This document shows positions 16,122 through 24,788 of a DNA stretch of 32,000 bases, piece after piece. Origin of the DNA: Halothermothrix orenii H 168 (GTDB lineage: Bacteria; Bacillota; Halanaerobiia; Halanaerobiales; Halothermotrichaceae); assembly GCF_000020485.1 (NCBI RefSeq), contig NC_011899.1:651937-683936 (forward strand), in the 5' to 3' direction. How positions within the stretch are numbered: position 1 is the stretch's first letter; the number at the start of each line of letters is the position of its first letter. The position numbers and the translations under genes are program-made. Under the pieces are notes generated by a model, which did no database searches, was not told the origin of the DNA, and saw only the letters and a list, made by a program, of their open reading frames with translations.

Positions 16122-17192
16122 ATGGAAAAGAGAATACAGCAATTAAGAAAAGCTATGAAAAAAATGGATCTGGACAGTTTGATTATTGATTCCAGCCATA
16201 ACCGATTTTATTTAACCGGTTTTACTGGCACAGCCGGGAGGGTATTATTCACACCAGAAAATAATTATTTTATAACAGATTTTCGTTATACAGAACAGGC
16301 CCATGAGCAGATATCGGGTTTTGAAATACTGGAGGTTAACCAGAAAGCAGTTGTGGAAATTTCTGATATTCTTGATCAGGATAATTCTAGCCGGGTCGGT
16401 TTTGAAGCAAGAAGTGTTACCTATGATGTTTTTCAAAAATACAAAAAGACATTTAATGAAAGTATCAAGCTTGTACCAACGGCCGGGCTTGTTGAGAAAA
16501 TCAGGGTTGTTAAAGATAGAAGTGAAGTTGAGACTATTAAAAAGGCAGCTGAGATAGCCGATAGTGCTTTTAAACACATCCTTGATTTTATAAAACCGGG
16601 GGTAACAGAAAGGGAGGTTGCCCTGGAATTAGAATACTTTATGAAAAAAAACGGTGGAGAAGGAAATGCCTTTGATTTCATAGTTGCTTCTGGTAAAAGG
16701 TCTTCTTTGCCCCATGGGGTAGCCAGTGATAAGGTTATTGAAGATGGGGATTTTGTTACCATGGATTTTGGAACCTATTATAAGGGTTATTGTTCTGATA
16801 TGACACGGACAGTGATAGTGGGAGAACCGACCCCTGAACAAAAGGAGATTTATAATATTGTGCTAAAAGCTCAGAATGAGGTCATAAAAAATATCAGAGC
16901 AGGTATGACCTGTAAAGAGGCAGATGCTATTGCCCGTGATATAATAGCTGAACATGGGTATAAGGATAATTTTGGTCACAGCCTCGGTCATGGCCTCGGA
17001 GTTGAAGTTCATGAGGATCCCCGTGTTTCTTATGCTTCAGATGAGGTATTAAAACCGGGGATGGTAGTTACTGATGAACCCGGTATTTATATTGCTGACT
17101 GGGGTGGAGTCAGGATAGAAGATGACCTGTTGATAACTGAAGATGGATGTGAAGTTCTGACCAGTTCCCCTAAAGATCTTATTTCGGTGTAG
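16122..17192 (+). CDS. M24-family Xaa-Pro aminopeptidase/dipeptidase (B. subtilis YqhT/PapA-like)
   Basis: 'SHNRFYLTGFTG', 'DFGTYYKGYCSDMTRT', 'GHSLGHGLGVEVHE', 'EPGIY', 'GGVRIEDD'. ATG at 16122 lies 1 nt after the aroQ stop. The longer track ORF from 15963 overlaps aroQ and is rejected. Confidence 0.9.
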   Translation: MEKRIQQLRKAMKKMDLDSLIIDSSHNRFYLTGFTGTAGRVLFTPENNYFITDFRYTEQAHEQISGFEILEVNQKAVVEISDILDQDNSSRVGFEARSVTYDVFQKYKKTFNESIKLVPTAGLVEKIRVVKDRSEVETIKKAAEIADSAFKHILDFIKPGVTEREVALELEYFMKKNGGEGNAFDFIVASGKRSSLPHGVASDKVIEDGDFVTMDFGTYYKGYCSDMTRTVIVGEPTPEQKEIYNIVLKAQNEVIKNIRAGMTCKEADAIARDIIAEHGYKDNFGHSLGHGLGVEVHEDPRVSYASDEVLKPGMVVTDEPGIYIADWGGVRIEDDLLITEDGCEVLTSSPKDLISV

Positions 17193-17346
17193 GTATAGGT
17201 GCAGGCATAAAGGTATCAATATGATGGTAAAAATAATTTCATTATAATAAATACAGAAATGAAAACATTACCCTGAATCATTAAAAGTCATGTTTCAGGG
17301 AGAAAATAATATAATTATAGCTATTATTTTTAAGGAGGAATAAAGA

Positions 17347-17907
17347 ATGATATCAACCAATGATTTTCACAATGGTCTAACTATTGAGCTTGATGGGACT
17401 GTTTATCAGGTGGTTAAATTTCAACATTCTAAAACCGGACGGGGAGGGGCTTTTGTACGAACAAAACTTAGAAATATCGAAGATGGGGGTATTATTGAAA
17501 AGACCTTTAGAGCCGGTGAAAAAGTAAAGAAAGCCCATGTTGATCAGAAAAATATGCAGTATCTTTATCATAATGGTGATGATTACGTATTTATGGATAC
17601 AGATACTTATGAACAGCTTTCCATTAGCAATGAACAGCTGGGAGATAAAGTCGATTACCTTAAAGAAAACATGAGCCTTGAAGTTCTAATGTATGAAAAT
17701 AGACCTATTGATATAAATTTACCAACCTTTGTAGAACTTGAAGTTGAAAAAACCCAACCTGGTATCAGGGGTGATACTGTATCAGGTGGTTCCAAACCTG
17801 CTACTCTGGAAACCGGGGCAGTTGTTCAGGTCCCCCTATTTATTAATGAAGGAGATGTAATTAAAGTGGATACCAGGAGCGGTGAGTATATAGAACGGGT
17901 ATCATGA
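17347..17907 (+). CDS. efp: Translation elongation factor P
   Basis: '[38 protein letters not shown]', '[14 protein letters not shown]', '[28 protein letters not shown]'. Confidence 0.96.
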
Positions 17908-18584
17908 TCAGAAAGGCTTTTTTTATCAAAAGGTTAAACAGGTTTGCTGCCCTTGTTTCCCTGATGGGGGAAGAGGAGAAAGTGTTTGTCCCCAATTCCG
18001 GCAGAATGAAGGAGCTTTTAATCAGGGGGACACCTGTTTTGTTAAAAAAAGTTATATCCGGTCAACGGAAAACAAAATATGATCTTATTAAGGTATACCA
18101 TAATAGTAGATGGGTTTCTATAGACAGCAGGGTACCCAATAGAATATTCAGTGATGCTATTAAAAAGGGACGGGTTACTGATTTTAAGGGTTTTAAATTT
18201 GGGAGACAAGAGGTGAGATGGGGTAACAGTAGGTTAGATATGCTGCTGGTTAAAAAGGATGTTCCAGTGAAATATTATCTTGAACTTAAATCTGTTACCC
18301 TGGTCGAAGGTGATATTGCCAGATTTCCCGATGCCCCAACTGAAAGGGGTCGCAGGCATTTGCGGGAGCTAACAGACTGCCTTAAAAAAGGTCACAAAGC
18401 CGGTATTGTTTTTATCGTACAACGTGATGATGCCAGGTTTTTCTCTCCCAATGATAAAACTGATCCTGAATTTGGCAAAGAACTGAGGCGGGCTTTAAAG
18501 GCCGGAGTCAATGCCTTTGCTTATACCTGTAGGGTTGATGAAAAGAGTATCAAGATCGATAAAAAAATTAATATACTGTTATAA
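17904..18584 (+). CDS. sfsA: SfsA family (sugar fermentation stimulation / nuclease-fold) protein
   Basis: '[11 protein letters not shown]....[15 protein letters not shown]', '[10 protein letters not shown]', 'YLELKSVTL......[18 protein letters not shown]', 'VQRDDA'. ATGA overlap with efp. Confidence 0.85.
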
Positions 18585-18595
18585 TAAGATCTCAT

Positions 18596-18635
18596 AAAGA
18601 TAAGGAGGCTAATTTAGCCTCCTTATCTTTTTTTA
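18596..18635. terminator. Bidirectional rho-independent terminator between sfsA and the convergent small ORF
   Basis: AAAGATAAGGAGGCT (18596-18610), loop AATTT, AGCCTCCTTATCTTT (18616-18630): a perfect 15-bp stem. A T-run follows on the plus strand, and an A-run precedes it (a T-run for the minus strand). Confidence 0.85.
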
Positions 18636-18643
18636 TGGAGGTG

Positions 18644-18817
18644 TTACTTTTTTACGACCGGACGCTGGGTATCGAGAAGCCCGAGAACGATATGGGCTAG
18701 TCCAAACCCTAAAATGCCGGCTCCCCATAGAGAAGGTAACAGGCTCCAACCAAGAGCAGATACAGCTACACCTAATCCTGTTACTGTCCAGCTAGTTGTT
18801 TTTGCATTATTGGCCAT
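18644..18817 (-). CDS. Small hydrophobic protein (57 aa, two predicted TM segments), absent from the ORF track
   Basis: Hand translation of the minus strand gives MANNAKTTSWTVTGLGVAVSALGWSLLPSLWGAGILGFGLAHIVLGLLDTQRPVVKK*. A perfect SD GGAGGTG (plus-strand CACCTCC at 18824-18830) lies 6 nt before the ATG at 18817. It ends at the bidirectional terminator. Confidence 0.6.
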   Translation of the reverse strand: MANNAKTTSWTVTGLGVAVSALGWSLLPSLWGAGILGFGLAHIVLGLLDTQRPVVKK

Positions 18818-19030
18818 TTATTACACCTCCAAATTTAGCTTCCCATTTTTTTTAAAAAAATATGCGACTTAATAAATTATAATTAATTTAATTTATAATG
18901 CATATATTGCCAGTGACTACAATATTTATATAGTATCAGGAGGTAGATAGAATATATTGATTAATGGACAAACATTATTAATTTAATACCGGTTCGATTT
19001 TGTAAAAAATATTAAAAAAATACTCTGGGG

Positions 19031-19987
19031 GTGATAATGATAAAAAATCTTTTTAGTTATTTACCACCGGATATAAGGTCTGCTGTTCAAAATATAAATG
19101 AAAACTATAGAGAAAAAATTATTGAAATTCGCCTCAGGGTTAATCAGCCATTACAGATAATAGGCCTGGATGGAGATTATTTTATTGATAGCCACGGACA
19201 AAAAACCAGTAAAAGAAATGCATACATAGTTAACAGGGAGGATGTAAAAAAAGCAGTAACAATTCTTACTGATAATTCAGTTTATGCTGTAGAAAGACAG
19301 CTGGCAGAAGGATTTATTACCATTCCGGGAGGCCACCGTATTGGCTTTACTGGACAGGCTGTTGTTGAGAGTGGGGAAATAAGGTTAATAAAAAATATAA
19401 ATTGCCTTAATTATAGAATTACCAGGGAAATGATTGGAGTCGGGAATAAAGTAATCAAACAAATCTATGACTTTAAAAACAGGGTCTATTACAATACAAT
19501 GATTGTATCCCCACCACTTTGTGGAAAAACGACCCTCCTCCGGGATATAGTGAGATTGATCAGTAATGGCATTAAAAAATACGGGATTCCGGGAAAAAAA
19601 GTAGGGGTGGTTGATGAAAGATCAGAGATTGGAGGGGCATATAATGGCATTCCCGGGAATAGAATAGGAAGTAGGACAGACCTGCTGGATAATTGTCCCA
19701 AGGCAAAGGGGATATCCCTGTTGGTAAGGTCAATGTCCCCTGAAGTTATTGCAGTAGATGAAATAGGTAATGAAGAAGATGTTATTGCTATCCAGGAAGC
19801 CACCAATTCTGGAGTAAGCCTCATTGCTACCGCCCATGGTGAAAACCTGACAACATTGAAAATGAGGCCCGCTATGGCCAGACTTATGAGTAAAAATTTT
19901 TTTGATAGATTTATAATACTGAGCCGGAAAAGGGGAATTGGAACAGTTGAAAAAATTATAGACTCTACAGGTAAGGAGGTAGTTTAA
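19031..19987 (+). CDS. spoIIIAA: Stage III sporulation protein AA (AAA-type ATPase)
   Basis: Walker A 'SPPLCGKTTLLRD', Walker B-like 'PEVIAVDEIG', 'IEIRLRVNQPLQI'. It is first in an 8-gene spoIIIA-ordered operon. An alternative start is ATG at 19037. Confidence 0.9.
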   Translation: MIMIKNLFSYLPPDIRSAVQNINENYREKIIEIRLRVNQPLQIIGLDGDYFIDSHGQKTSKRNAYIVNREDVKKAVTILTDNSVYAVERQLAEGFITIPGGHRIGFTGQAVVESGEIRLIKNINCLNYRITREMIGVGNKVIKQIYDFKNRVYYNTMIVSPPLCGKTTLLRDIVRLISNGIKKYGIPGKKVGVVDERSEIGGAYNGIPGNRIGSRTDLLDNCPKAKGISLLVRSMSPEVIAVDEIGNEEDVIAIQEATNSGVSLIATAHGENLTTLKMRPAMARLMSKNFFDRFIILSRKRGIGTVEKIIDSTGKEVV

Positions 19988-20509
19988 ATGTTGGTCAAAT
20001 TAATAGGATCCCTGTTAATCCTCATTTCCGGATCTTCCCTGGGATGGTTAATTGGGTTTCATTATCTTAAACGTATTAAGGAATTAAAAGAATTACAGGT
20101 TGCTATTAATATATTTGATACTGAAATTAGTTATGGCCGTACTCTTCTGCCAGAAGCTCTGGAGGTGGTTAGTGAATCCACCCATGGTTCTATATCTAAT
20201 ATCTATATGCAACTTGCCACCGGGTTAAAAAAAGACAGAGATAAACGCTTCCGGGATATTTTTAAGGAAATATTATCCCGGTATGAGGAAGAGGTGAGCC
20301 TCACCCCGGCTGATATAAAAATTTTAATAGAATGGAGCCAGCAAATTGGAGTAACATCACTGGAAGGGCAGCGGAAAGCAAATAAAATGGCTATAAAAAG
20401 ACTGGAACAGGTTGAAAAAAGGGCCCAGGACCTGGCTGATAAAAGGGTTAAGCTGTCCAGATATGCAGGGGTACTTTTGAGTTTGCTGGTAATTATTGCC
20501 CTGTATTAA
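19988..20509 (+). CDS. spoIIIAB: Stage III sporulation protein AB
   Basis: N-terminal TM 'LIGSLLILISGSSLGW', then 'IKELKELQVAINIFDTEISYGRTLLPEAL' and a C-terminal TM. Its position matches, and the ATG abuts the spoIIIAA stop. Confidence 0.85.
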   Translation: MLVKLIGSLLILISGSSLGWLIGFHYLKRIKELKELQVAINIFDTEISYGRTLLPEALEVVSESTHGSISNIYMQLATGLKKDRDKRFRDIFKEILSRYEEEVSLTPADIKILIEWSQQIGVTSLEGQRKANKMAIKRLEQVEKRAQDLADKRVKLSRYAGVLLSLLVIIALY

Positions 20510-20537
20510 TATTTAAAATTTAAAGGGGGGGTATTGA

Positions 20538-20732
20538 TTGGACATAAACATAATTTTTAAAATAGCCGGGATTGGTATTTTTATATCGGTAATTAATATG
20601 GTTTTAAAACAGGCCGATAAAGAAGAACAGGCCCAGATGTTGACCCTGGTCGGGGTCATTATTGTTCTTATGTTTGTTATTCAGCTAATTAATCAGCTAT
20701 TCAATGATGTTAGAAGTGTATTCAAGTTTTAG
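20538..20732 (+). CDS. spoIIIAC: Stage III sporulation protein AC
   Basis: A 64-aa two-TM protein: 'IIFKIAGIGIFISVINMVLKQADKEEQAQMLTLVGVIIVL...VRSVFKF'. TTG start 6 nt after a G-rich SD. Confidence 0.85.
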   Translation: MDINIIFKIAGIGIFISVINMVLKQADKEEQAQMLTLVGVIIVLMFVIQLINQLFNDVRSVFKF

Positions 20733-20744
20733 GTGGGGTTAAAA

Positions 20745-21131
20745 ATGGCAATTATGCAGGTAGTGGGGATTGGAATAACAGCAGCTGTCTTGATTATTTT
20801 AATAAGGCAGGAAAAGCCTGAGCTGGCTTTTCTGTTAAGCCTGGTTACCGGTATTGCAATACTTATTCTGGTTATAGACCAGGTGGCTATAGTTATAAAC
20901 CTGCTTGAACAACTGGCTGATAAAGCCCAGATAGATTTAATATACTTAAATACAATTCTTAAAATAGTCGGTATTGCCTATATTGGGGAGTTTGGAGCTG
21001 AGATTACCCGGGATGCCGGTGAAAGTGCCCTGGCTTCAAAAATAGAAATGGCAGCTAAAATTATTATAATGATTTTGACAATCCCGGTGATGATTACTTT
21101 GATAGAGACTATTATAGATTTAATTCCGTAA
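20745..21131 (+). CDS. spoIIIAD: Stage III sporulation protein AD
   Basis: 'VVGIGITAAVLIILIRQEKPELAFLLSL' and 'ILKIVGIAYIGEFGAEITRDAGESALASKIEMAAKIII' closely resemble the B. subtilis SpoIIIAD pattern. ATG at 20745 after SD AGGTGGGG is preferred over the track GTG at 20733. Confidence 0.88.
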   Translation: MAIMQVVGIGITAAVLIILIRQEKPELAFLLSLVTGIAILILVIDQVAIVINLLEQLADKAQIDLIYLNTILKIVGIAYIGEFGAEITRDAGESALASKIEMAAKIIIMILTIPVMITLIETIIDLIP

Positions 21132-21148
21132 GCAGTGAGGGGATATAA

Positions 21149-22342
21149 ATGAAAAGGTTAATCTCTATAATTATATTAATAAATATAATTCTAATGATGA
21201 CAATACCGGTTTTGGCTGAGGAAACACCCCTTAAAGAAGCCCCCCTTAATAAAGAAGATATTATATTAAACCAGATAGAAAAGATTAATTTAAATCAACT
21301 ACAAAAAGAGGTTGATAAAATAAATAAAAATATGGAGGGTTACATGCCCCACTTAAACATTAAAGAATTGATCCTTGGTTTTATGAAGGGGGATCTTGAC
21401 GTTAGCTGGGCCCAGATAGGGGGGGCTCTTCTTAAGTATCTGGGGAAGGAAGTGACTGCTAATTTTAAAATACTGGGACAGATCATTATTTTAGCTGTTA
21501 TGGCAGCAATTTTAAATGTGTTTCATAATTCTTTTACAAGTGAAACCATCAGTAAGACTGCGAGCATGTTAATATTTATGGTTCTGGCAATATTATCCCT
21601 GAATGGATTTAAAATAGCTGTAGAAATCGGTATTACCACTATAGATACGATGGTTTCATTTATGCAGGCCCTTATCCCCGTTCTGTTAACTCTTCTGGTC
21701 AGTATCGGGGCCATGACATCTGCAGCTGTTTTTCATCCCATAACCTTTATGGTTATTTCTTTTTTAAGTTCTTTGATCAGGACAATAATTTTTCCAATGA
21801 TTTTTATTTCAGCTATTTTAAATATTGTTAATAACATTACCAGTGAATTTAAAATATCTAGACTGTCAGGTTTATTTAAAGAATTTAGTATGGGGATGCT
21901 AGGTTTATCCCTTATTTTGTTTACAGGTATTATGGTTATACAGGGTGGAGCAGCTGCAGTGACAGACAGTCTATCTTTACGGACAGCAAAATATCTTACC
22001 GGAACTTTTATTCCCATCATCGGGGGTATTTTTTCAGATGCAGTGGATTTAATTGTTAGCTGTTCATTGATTATAAAAAATGCTATAAATCTATTTGGAA
22101 TGATAGTAATCGTTTTTATGATCTCTTATCCATTAATTAAAATAATAGCCCTGATAATAATATATAAAATTGCCGGGGCTATAATTCAGCCCATCAGTGA
22201 TGGACGGCTGGTAAATATACTCGACAATCTGGGGAATACTCTGGTTCTGATTTTTCTAGCAGTAAGTGGAGTATCATTAATGTTCTTTATTGTACTAACT
22301 ATCCTCGTCGGTTCTGCCAATTTAACAGTAATGATGAGGTGA
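21149..22342 (+). CDS. spoIIIAE: Stage III sporulation protein AE (polytopic membrane protein)
   Basis: A signal-like N-terminus, a soluble segment of about 80 aa, then about 7 TM segments. Size and position match SpoIIIAE. Confidence 0.85.
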   Translation: MKRLISIIILINIILMMTIPVLAEETPLKEAPLNKEDIILNQIEKINLNQLQKEVDKINKNMEGYMPHLNIKELILGFMKGDLDVSWAQIGGALLKYLGKEVTANFKILGQIIILAVMAAILNVFHNSFTSETISKTASMLIFMVLAILSLNGFKIAVEIGITTIDTMVSFMQALIPVLLTLLVSIGAMTSAAVFHPITFMVISFLSSLIRTIIFPMIFISAILNIVNNITSEFKISRLSGLFKEFSMGMLGLSLILFTGIMVIQGGAAAVTDSLSLRTAKYLTGTFIPIIGGIFSDAVDLIVSCSLIIKNAINLFGMIVIVFMISYPLIKIIALIIIYKIAGAIIQPISDGRLVNILDNLGNTLVLIFLAVSGVSLMFFIVLTILVGSANLTVMMR

Positions 22343-22347
22343 TTTTG

Positions 22348-22935
22348 ATGGATGAGTTAACCAGGTGGGTAAAGAACCTCATTTTTATTATTCTGTTTAC
22401 AACCTTTATAGAAATGTTTTTACCTGAAAATAACATGAGAAAATATGTCAGGATAATAACCGGATTTTTTATAATTGCGATATTCCTGTCACCTCTGTCG
22501 GCCCTGTTTGGTCATGATATAACCAGTTTAGATGAAATAGTGCCTGATAATGTTTCTTTTGGTAACTGGGATAAGATAAAACACCGGGGGCAGGAGTTAT
22601 CTAATACCAACAGGGTTTTGTTAAAAGACTATTATGAAAAAAGGGTTGCCAGCAGGGTTGAAGAGGTGGTTAAGTTAGACTACCCTGGTTATCAAAAGAA
22701 AGTAGAGGTGGAGGTGGACGATGAATATACCATTACCGGTATTAATATTGTTATTATACCGGATAATGAAATATATATAAAACCTGTTGAGATAAATGGT
22801 GATATTCAAGATAGAGATGATAATGAAAGAAATGAGTTCCAGGAGGAACTGTTAAGTTTAAAAAGTAAGGTCAGTACAGTATTTCAAATACCTCCGGGTT
22901 TAATCAATATTAGTGTAAGGGATGGAGGGAAATAA
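22348..22935 (+). CDS. spoIIIAF: Stage III sporulation protein AF
   Basis: 'LTRWVKNLIFIILFTTFIEMFLPENNMRKYVRIITGFFIIAIFLSPL' parallels the B. subtilis SpoIIIAF N-terminus. ATG at 22348 is preferred over the track GTG at 22339. Confidence 0.85.
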   Translation: MDELTRWVKNLIFIILFTTFIEMFLPENNMRKYVRIITGFFIIAIFLSPLSALFGHDITSLDEIVPDNVSFGNWDKIKHRGQELSNTNRVLLKDYYEKRVASRVEEVVKLDYPGYQKKVEVEVDDEYTITGINIVIIPDNEIYIKPVEINGDIQDRDDNERNEFQEELLSLKSKVSTVFQIPPGLINISVRDGGK

Positions 22936-22937
22936 GG

Positions 22938-23525
22938 ATGGGAGTATTAAATGATCTGAACAGTATCTTCGGGAAAGAAAAGGGAAATAAATTATTAAGA
23001 AATATTGTTATCCTGGGGATGGTTGGAACATTGCTTTTATTATTTGGAGACATTTTTTCCAGTAATCCCCAACCCGTTACTGATAATAAACCTGTAATAA
23101 CAGAAGAAAAAAATAATTATTTAACATATGAAGAAAGCTTATCAAAAGAGCTCGAAGAGATAATTTCAGTAATGAGCGGGGTTGGAAAGGTAAAAGTCCA
23201 GGTCTATACCCTAAAAGGCCCTGAATATAGTTATGTATATGATCAGAATATAACAAATAAAATTACAGAGGAGACTGATCAAAATGGTGGTCAGAGACAG
23301 ATTCAGGAGGATACAACAGAAAAATCGCTGGTAGTTTTGCAGGATGCCGCCGGTGGTGAAGAACCACTGATATCGACTAAACAGTCTCCGGTCATCAGTG
23401 GGGTATTAATCGTTGCCCAGGGAGCGGAGGATAGTGAGATCAAATATAATATAACAAAATCGGTAAGTCGTTTGCTGGATATACCTGTTCATAAAATTAG
23501 TGTTTTGCCATATAAAAGGAGGTAA
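22938..23525 (+). CDS. spoIIIAG: Stage III sporulation protein AG (ring-forming)
   Basis: N-terminal TM. C-terminal 'ISGVLIVAQGAEDSEIKYNITKSVSRLLDIPVHKISVLPYK' matches the conserved SpoIIIAG end. Confidence 0.88.
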   Translation: MGVLNDLNSIFGKEKGNKLLRNIVILGMVGTLLLLFGDIFSSNPQPVTDNKPVITEEKNNYLTYEESLSKELEEIISVMSGVGKVKVQVYTLKGPEYSYVYDQNITNKITEETDQNGGQRQIQEDTTEKSLVVLQDAAGGEEPLISTKQSPVISGVLIVAQGAEDSEIKYNITKSVSRLLDIPVHKISVLPYKRR

Positions 23526-24109
23526 TGTTGTTAATGCTGGGTAGAAAATTTGTCTGGCTTATGATTTTAATGGTCTGGGTTGGAATGGTAACATCAATAA
23601 TAATTTACCAGGGGAATGAATATGTCAACCTTCAGGAAACAACCTCCAATAAGGTAAATATAATTCCTTCAGATGAAATGGTAGTTGAAGATACTCCTGA
23701 GGATATAAACTATACCCAGGCCCAGGATGAGGAAGATAGTGATGAAAATTTTTTCACTGAATACCGGCTGGAAAGGGATAAGGCCCGGAGTGAACAAATA
23801 AGTATTTACCGGGAGATGGTTAATAATCCAAATACAGATGAGGCCATTAAAAAAGATGCACAACAGAAAATGATGGACTTAACAGAGAAGATGGAAAAAG
23901 AAATGGAGATTGAAAGCCTGATCAGGGCCAGAGGGTATAAAGATGCTATTGCCTACATACATGATGGTGCGGTGGATGTAATAATCCAGACCGGGGGGTT
24001 AAGCAGAGATGATGTGGCTAAAATAGGTGATATAATTGTAAAAACAACCGGTTTTGATTTTAAAGATGTAACTATTATTGAGAAGAAGAATAGAGATAAT
24101 CAACAATAA
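23525..24109 (+). CDS. spoIIIAH: Stage III sporulation protein AH
   Basis: N-terminal TM, then 'FFTEYRLERDKARSEQISIYREMV', 'EIESLIRARGYKDAIAYI' and 'VDVIIQTGGLSRDDVAKIGDII' (YscJ/FliF-like ring-building motif region). Confidence 0.88.
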   Translation: MLLMLGRKFVWLMILMVWVGMVTSIIIYQGNEYVNLQETTSNKVNIIPSDEMVVEDTPEDINYTQAQDEEDSDENFFTEYRLERDKARSEQISIYREMVNNPNTDEAIKKDAQQKMMDLTEKMEKEMEIESLIRARGYKDAIAYIHDGAVDVIIQTGGLSRDDVAKIGDIIVKTTGFDFKDVTIIEKKNRDNQQ

Positions 24110-24130
24110 GGATTATGTATAGATATTTAC

Positions 24131-24167
24131 AAAAAACAGCAGCCGGGAGCTGCTGTTTTATTTTTTT
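24131..24167 (+). terminator. Rho-independent terminator ending the spoIIIA operon
   Basis: ACAGCAGC (24136-24143), loop CGGGA, GCTGCTGT (24149-24156). It is flanked by an A-run and followed by TTTTATTTTTTT. Confidence 0.85.
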
Positions 24168-24223
24168 CAAAGGATTTTATAAAAATATGTAGAAATAAAT
24201 ACATAAAAGATGAGAGAATATTA

Positions 24224-24270
24224 CTACTTGCTTTTTTAGATTTAATTGGATAAAATTAAAAAGCAAGTGG
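24224..24270 (+). promoter_or_regulatory. 13-bp inverted repeat upstream of accB (operator or leader hairpin; function unknown)
   Basis: CTACTTGCTTTTT (24224-24236) and AAAAAGCAAGTGG (24258-24270): 12 Watson-Crick pairs plus 1 T-G position, 21-nt spacer, ending 36 nt before the accB ATG. Confidence 0.35.
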
Positions 24271-24306
24271 TAAAATAAATTGTACTAATTAAGGGGGAAT
24301 TATTCG

Positions 24307-24774
24307 ATGGATTTAGATAAGATTAAAACACTCATCGAAATGATAGAAGAAACTGACATAACGGAAATCAACTTAGAAGAAGAAGGAAAAAAGATAAAAA
24401 TAAAGAGGGGTTTACAGGTTGAAGACCTTGGTAGTTTTCCACCCGTGGGAGTGACACCTTCTGGTCAGCTTCCTCATCAGGTAGAGGCTGGAACAAAGAA
24501 AGAAACCAGGGAAAAAGATCAGGATGAGAGTAATATTGATGAAATAGTGGCTCCGATGGTAGGTACCTTTTACAGGGCTCCAGCTCCTGATGCTGATCCC
24601 TTTGTTGAAGTAGGGGATGTTGTTAAGCCAGGTGATACCTTATGTATTATAGAAGCCATGAAATTAATGAATGAAATCGAGGCTGAAAAAAAGGGGCGTA
24701 TTGTTGATATTTTAGTTGAAAATGGGAAACCTGTTGAATATGGTCAGCCCCTTTTCCTGGTTGAGCCTGTATAA
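24307..24774 (+). CDS. accB: Acetyl-CoA carboxylase biotin carboxyl carrier protein
   Basis: Biotinyl-lysine motif '[15 protein letters not shown]', '[23 protein letters not shown]', and an N-terminal '[19 protein letters not shown]'. Confidence 0.95.
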   Translation: MDLDKIKTLIEMIEETDITEINLEEEGKKIKIKRGLQVEDLGSFPPVGVTPSGQLPHQVEAGTKKETREKDQDESNIDEIVAPMVGTFYRAPAPDADPFVEVGDVVKPGDTLCIIEAMKLMNEIEAEKKGRIVDILVENGKPVEYGQPLFLVEPV

Positions 24775-24788
24775 AGATAGGAGTGGTT

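Noticed and set aside
17271-17300. A hairpin CCCTGAA-N16-TTCAGGG between the peptidase gene and efp, considered as a terminator.
   Set aside because: It has only a 7-bp stem and a 16-nt loop, and no T-tract follows (AGAAAATAAT). It is too weak to call.
18900-18923. A SigE-like promoter upstream of spoIIIAA: GCATATA (-35-like, 18900-18906) and ACTACAAT (-10-like, 18916-18923).
   Set aside because: The spacer is only 9 nt, whereas SigE promoters need about 14. In a spacer this AT-rich such partial matches are expected by chance. The real sporulation promoter cannot be pinned by eye.
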